Positions 63,914-64,000 of a stretch of DNA of 64,000 bases are shown one piece after another; the stretch's first letter is position 1, and the number at the start of each line of letters is the position of its first letter. This DNA comes from Pseudomonadota bacterium. GTDB taxonomy: Bacteria; Bdellovibrionota_B; Oligoflexia; Oligoflexales; CAIYRB01. A program made the position numbers and the translations under genes. The DNA is taken from positions 14,688 to 78,687 of the forward strand of contig JANOTL010000075.1 in NCBI GenBank assembly GCA_031416315.1. Reading direction: 5' to 3'. The notes below the pieces were generated by a model. It made no database searches, was not told where the DNA came from, and saw nothing but the letters and a program-made list of their open reading frames with translations.

Positions 63914-64000
63914 GGCGATTACACCTGCGCCGCCGCTTCCCGGCACCATCATGGGGGGCAGCTCGGAAGAAGTCGCATGAAGAGCGACGCGGCAACACTG

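Overview
High-GC bacterial chromosome segment. Gene content points to a flagellated Bdellovibrionota/Oligoflexia-like organism (inference from flgK-flgL-csrA-fliW, a TIGR02147/DUF4423-like HTH protein, a secreted protein with a GGxxSGGG N-terminal motif and many orphan lipoproteins). Housekeeping blocks are rho-rpmE-prfA-prmC, uppS-cdsA-rseP-tsaB-pssA-asd, truA-TPR-lipoprotein-oppDF-murG, rimO and hppA. They alternate with accessory secreted or lipoprotein genes: PLD, CAP, beta-helix, M23, HNH-like nuclease, Zn protease, FG-GAP and paralogous stalked lipoproteins. I found no rRNA, tRNA, CRISPR array or transposase. Main observations: (1) a fixed-spacing sigma28-like motif (TCAAG-N15-GCCGAT) recurs upstream of unrelated non-flagellar lipoprotein genes; (2) a palindromic repeat family has one copy inserted in-frame inside a CoA-transferase; (3) a cupredoxin with a possible His axial ligand sits next to a di-haem cytochrome; (4) there is a PI3K/HipA-like kinase; (5) the pyrophosphatase has plant-type K+-dependent H+-pump signatures; (6) a response regulator carries a pseudo-HPt domain; (7) a LolB candidate is suggested by synteny. 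All calls come from reading motifs by eye; no searches were run.
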